From the NCBI GenBank assembly GCA_017455185.1, contig JAFTBN010000017.1, forward strand, positions 10,430 through 74,429: a stretch of DNA of 64,000 nucleotides. The letters are read 5' to 3'. The translations under genes were made by a program, and so were the position numbers. The notes beneath the pieces are model-generated. The model was not told the DNA's origin. It worked only from the letters and a program-made list of their open reading frames with translations, and ran no database searches. Below are positions 62,179 to 64,000 of the stretch, piece by piece; position 1 is the stretch's first letter, and every line of letters starts with the position of its first letter. This DNA comes from Clostridia bacterium. Its GTDB lineage: Bacteria > Bacillota > Clostridia > Oscillospirales > CAG-272.

Positions 62179-63849
62179 CTACGGTTCTTCCTCGTTCATC
62201 ATATCCTGCGCGGCCTTCCTCTGGGCGTCGGTGACGTGCAGTCCGCCCAGAATTCTGGCCAGTTCCTCAACTCTCTCATCGAGGTCAAGTTCGGTCATAT
62301 ACGCCTCGGTCTGCTCTCCGTCCGTCTGCTTGGCAATCCGGAAATGCTGTCCTGCCAGCGAAGCAATCTGAGCCGAATGGGTCACGCAGATGACCTGGGA
62401 CCCCGAGGAAATCTGTTTGAGTTTCAGTCCGACTTTTCTGGCCGTCTTTCCGGAGATTCCCGTATCGACTTCGTCGAAAACCGAAACATCCACGGCGGAC
62501 TCGGAATTGAACACGCTCTTGATGGAGAGCATCACGCGGGCCAGTTCCCCGCCCGACGCACTCCTGGCCAGCGGAGCAAGATCCTGGCCGGGGTTGGCCG
62601 CCAGCATGAACTCCACGTCGTCGAGGCCGTTTGCGCCAAGGCTCTCCAGGCGCTGCTGCCGGATCTGAAACTGCACATTGGGCATGTCCAGATACGCCAG
62701 CGTTGCTTTGACCTGACGCTCGATTTTGCGGGCTGTGGCAGCCCGGACAGATGAAATCTCCGCAGCGGCGGTCTGAGCCTCGGAACGGATTTTCGAGATT
62801 TCCGCCTCCAGGTCCGCCATCCGGTCCTCGTGATGATCCAGCGCCTGCAGTCTTGCGTGCGCCCGGTCACGGAACGAAAGGATTTCCTCTATCGTGGCCC
62901 CGTATTTTCTTTTCAGTCTGGCGATGGCATGAAGCCGGCCCTCCAGCCGGTCAATCTTTTCGCCGACATCTCCCTCGTTCTCCCGATTGAAATCTGCGAT
63001 TTCCTCTGAGAGGCTCTCCAGCCTTTCGGACAATGTCGTGAGTTCGGCAATCAGGGGCTGAAGTTCGGGCAATATTCCGCTGATTTTTTCCAGGCTCTCG
63101 GAGGCTTTCTGCACAACGGTCGCGGCAGCGGCCTTTTCCGAGCCGCGCAAAAGATAATAGGCAAAATCCAACTGTTTCTGAATCTTTTCGGCGTGCTTGA
63201 GTTTTTCAAGCAGCGCCTCGGCGTGCTCCTCCTCACCGGGTTTGAGCTTTTGCGAATCAATCTCCCGGATTTCATACTCGAGCATTTCCTTTTCCCGGAT
63301 CAGTTCGGAAGCCTCTTTTCCCAGCGAACGGCATTCCTCCTCCAGTTCGGTCAGACGCCGGTACAGAACCCGATATTGCCGGACTGCCTCATCCAGATGG
63401 GCATACTGGTCCAGCAGACGCACCTGCTCGCTCTTTTTGAGCAGCCGCTGGTTGTCGTTCTGCCCGTGAATACTCAGAAGCAGTTCCCCGATACGCTGGT
63501 GCATGCCGGCCGTAATCGGCTGCCCGTTACACCAGGCCGAACCGCGGCCCGATGCGTCCAGTGTCTTCTGAATCAGGAGCGAATCGCCCTCGTACGGCAG
63601 CCCCATTTCGTCCATCAGTTCCTTGACGGAATCGGACAAACCGGTGAAAAGCGCGCTGACTTTCGCCTTCTTTTCCCCGGTCCGGATGATGTCTTTTGAA
63701 ACCTTTCCTCCGCAAAGCATCGTCAGGCTCCCGACAATCAGCGTCTTACCTGCGCCGGTTTCGCCCGTCAGGCAGATAAAGCCCGGATTCAATTCCAGAT
63801 CCATCCGGCGGATGATCGCCAGATTCTCAATGTGCAACGACTTAATCAT
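62179..63849 (-). CDS. recN: DNA repair protein RecN
   Basis: The start was moved to ATG 63849 (MIKSLHIENLAII). It has Walker A GETGAGKT, a long coiled coil, the signature SGGELARVMLSIK and Walker B VSVFDEVDTG. Confidence 0.95.
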   Translation of the reverse strand: MIKSLHIENLAIIRRMDLELNPGFICLTGETGAGKTLIVGSLTMLCGGKVSKDIIRTGEKKAKVSALFTGLSDSVKELMDEMGLPYEGDSLLIQKTLDASGRGSAWCNGQPITAGMHQRIGELLLSIHGQNDNQRLLKKSEQVRLLDQYAHLDEAVRQYRVLYRRLTELEEECRSLGKEASELIREKEMLEYEIREIDSQKLKPGEEEHAEALLEKLKHAEKIQKQLDFAYYLLRGSEKAAAATVVQKASESLEKISGILPELQPLIAELTTLSERLESLSEEIADFNRENEGDVGEKIDRLEGRLHAIARLKRKYGATIEEILSFRDRAHARLQALDHHEDRMADLEAEISKIRSEAQTAAAEISSVRAATARKIERQVKATLAYLDMPNVQFQIRQQRLESLGANGLDDVEFMLAANPGQDLAPLARSASGGELARVMLSIKSVFNSESAVDVSVFDEVDTGISGKTARKVGLKLKQISSGSQVICVTHSAQIASLAGQHFRIAKQTDGEQTEAYMTELDLDERVEELARILGGLHVTDAQRKAAQDMMNEEEP

Positions 63850-63871
63850 ATGGCAAAGTCCGTTTCTGTTT

Positions 63872-64000
63872 TCAGTCCTCGGCAATCAGCTTCCGGATTT
63901 TCAGACACAGATCCGCGCAATGATCGGCTTCCTTCACCAGGACCATGATGGTATCGTCCCCGGCCACGCAGCCCATAACGCCGCTGATTTTCAGATTGTC
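63872..64000 (-). CDS. argR: arginine repressor, C-terminal 42 codons (gene continues beyond window)
   Basis: This gene is not in the ORF track. Hand translation of the minus strand gives DNLKISGVMGCVAGDDTIMVLVKEADHCADLCLKIRKLIAED*. The GxxAGDDTI motif and the argR-recN order are typical of Firmicutes. Confidence 0.8.
   Translation of the reverse strand, partial: DNLKISGVMGCVAGDDTIMVLVKEADHCADLCLKIRKLIAED

Noticed and set aside
1-64000. Search for mobile elements, prophage remnants, defence islands, CRISPR-cas, toxin-antitoxin pairs and tRNA/rRNA genes.
   Set aside because: I found no integrase, transposase or recombinase motifs, no terminal inverted repeats or direct-repeat flanks, no cas, restriction or abortive-infection signatures, and no cloverleaf-capable spacer. 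The window is core-chromosome-like with interspersed envelope genes.

Overview
This 64-kb window (roughly 50% GC by eye) looks like a Gram-positive, Clostridia-type chromosome, possibly Oscillospirales-like; that guess rests on gene content and order and is unverified. It is almost entirely core housekeeping DNA. I saw no rRNA, tRNA, CRISPR array, transposase, integrase or phage gene. Confidently recognised genes are argG-argH; serS; lepB-rbgA-rnhB-thrC; tig-clpP-clpX; rpsF-ssb-rpsR; an RluA-family synthase; upp; mtaB; uvrC-(PNP/UDP-like)-rsmD-coaD; ptsH; rimM-trmD; yajC; an htrA-response regulator-histidine kinase unit; queG; addB-addA; argS-yebC; and ybaK-recN with the 3' end of argR. Several ORF-track starts were moved downstream to Mets with a Shine-Dalgarno (3479, 5250, 16487, 20097, 31766, 35658, 41569, 45737, 61561, 63849). 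One gene missing from the track, the argR C-terminus at 63872..64000, was found by hand translation. The parts worth a second look are accessory cell-envelope modules between the housekeeping blocks. (1) A VTC-type tunnel-enzyme gene overlaps a DUF4956 membrane gene and sits directly behind argGH. It is followed by an 851-aa internally duplicated surface protein whose C-terminal tail (SGC, one hydrophobic helix, KRKKED) resembles a sorting signal. (2) A lipoprotein-type CotH kinase with a discoidin-like C-terminus is transcriptionally fused to yebC/argS upstream and to two paralogous orphan solute-binding lipoproteins downstream. It lies about 52 kb from the VTC/DUF4956 pair, which I recall usually neighbours CotH. 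(3) A 687-aa O-antigen-ligase-like protein plus two DUF4330-like proteins occupy the position after trmD where rplS usually sits. (4) A class B sortase with a roughly 130-aa T/E/K/Q linker is coupled to an RlmA-like methyltransferase and a GT2. (5) A 585-aa orphan coupled to mtaB carries faint PurL-like motifs. None of these is demonstrably a new system from sequence alone. The CotH / VTC-DUF4956 / surface-protein set is my best candidate for an uncharacterised envelope pathway. All functional calls come from motif recognition by eye; no database search was run.
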